This document shows positions 62,589 through 64,000 of a DNA stretch of 64,000 nt, piece by piece. Each line of letters starts with the position of its first letter. The stretch's first letter is position 1. The stretch comes from Phoronis australis. Lineage: Eukaryota; Animalia; Phoronida. The notes beneath the pieces were generated by a model that searched no databases, had not been told where the DNA came from, and saw only the letters and a program-made list of their open reading frames with translations. Made by a program: the position numbers and the translations under genes. Location: the NCBI GenBank assembly GCA_002633005.1, contig NMRA01000224.1, positions 528,281-592,280 on the forward strand, in the 5' to 3' direction.

Positions 62589-64000
62589 TTGGAATAGCGG
62601 GATTCTAAAAATAAGTTGCGTGACACCGTGAATTCTAAGTGGAGGTGATAGAAACCATGTTACAGTGGAAAATGTTGCAACATTCTTGCAGTGCTTCAGA
62701 TAGTCTCATTACAAGTAAGTTATCTTTCAGTTTAGGCGGTGGAACGAAACTCATAGCATTCATTCTTGTGAGTACTTTTAGGGGGCAACCTATTTTTTCC
62801 CAGGTGACTATCTAATATACTTGTAATTCAAATTCCAAAAAGATTCCACGTCTACACTTGCACATTTTTTAAAAAGGGGCTGTTTTTGTTGCAAGAAATA
62901 TAATGCACATTTCCACCACGTGGTGGGGCTTTGCTAATAAATTGACCAATCAGAGAGCCATATTGTATTGTGTTCAGTAACTTAAATATGGCAGCTCCTG
63001 TGGAGTGAAATGCCTGTACAGTATAATTCAAGGTTTATGAAACACAGCACTAAATTGTGATAACCAGAACTTGAAAAAGCTTATAGAAGCATCCTGGCAA
63101 AAGCTGATGGGCTGTGCAACACTGTGGATCGGTATAGATGGAAAACAACAGGAGGTGTCACGAACGTTTGTGCAAGAAAACAACTCATGTCCCACGGGTT
63201 TATACATGTCCTGCTATTGAAGACTAAGTGTCAGAACAAAAACTGAAAAGGCATAGGAATGCATAACAACGTTTCAAGACACCAGCAGTAGTAGTAAAAG
63301 CTGAAACTGCTTAAAGTGACACAGGCGTTGCCTAAGATTTCCAAAGAAAATCAACTAGACTTTAAAAATCTGAAACACCAAATTAAGAAGTGACTACAAC
63401 ATTAATAGTTGTGTATTTTTACAGAGTGGACACCAATTTGAAGATTTATTAATATAGCCAGGTTACTAAGAATAGAACAGGATCGAAGGAAGGGATACCC
63501 CAAGACTGCTACACCCCACAATTTTATATTGAGACAGTAGATGGGTTGTTTCTGTAATTTCAAGAGATGGGACAAATGTTTTGTAGTCAGGCGAGCTTTT
63601 AAAATCTACAACTGTCTTATTCGAGGAAAACCGTCATTTTTTGTATTCTGTCCTGTTTATGGTCTTCTGATGCTTACAGAGGGTATGTAGGACAGGGCAA
63701 GTAGAGTTTACGACCAATGAGTTTTGTCATTTTATTTAATTCGTGGCGGGTTGTTGTCAATATAAATCTACTGGTATCAAAATTATGTGCCAGCGAATGT
63801 CGGATTCAACTGAATTGAGGAATTGACTTAGAATTGGTTGAAATCTGATTTTTGCTGAAGTAGAGTGCATGTACCAGTACGGCACAGTAAATTTGTACCT
63901 GCTACTAGACATTTCCCTTTTACTGTCACGGTGTGATTTTACTGCGTGATGGTGATATTTTGAGATAAATATGTTTTGAAATAAATCAAAACTTTATTGT

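Overview
Repeat-rich, AT-rich animal genomic DNA, probably a marine invertebrate (inferred from repeat content and intron style); not prokaryotic. One intact host gene can be rebuilt by hand: an 8-exon, 331-aa carbonyl reductase 1-like SDR (+, 9553-28628). Unusually for this cytosolic family, it has an N-terminal transmembrane anchor, an altered active-site region and a GC-AG intron. The most notable mobile element is an internally deleted Kolobok-type DNA transposon (5095-6787, ~158-bp TIRs). Its THAP-transposase 5' part and an antisense KolX/P2X7-ballast-like Cys-cluster ORF are fused into two overlapping open frames. Also present: a decayed THAP-bearing ISL2EU/Harbinger-like element (37467-40195, AT TSD), about ten CA..TG MITEs with 5-bp TSDs, a multi-layer MITE nest in intron 6, foldback elements (one Penelope-like with a hammerhead remnant), tRNA-derived heads, mini/microsatellites and two assembly gaps. 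All calls are by-eye; no database searches were run.
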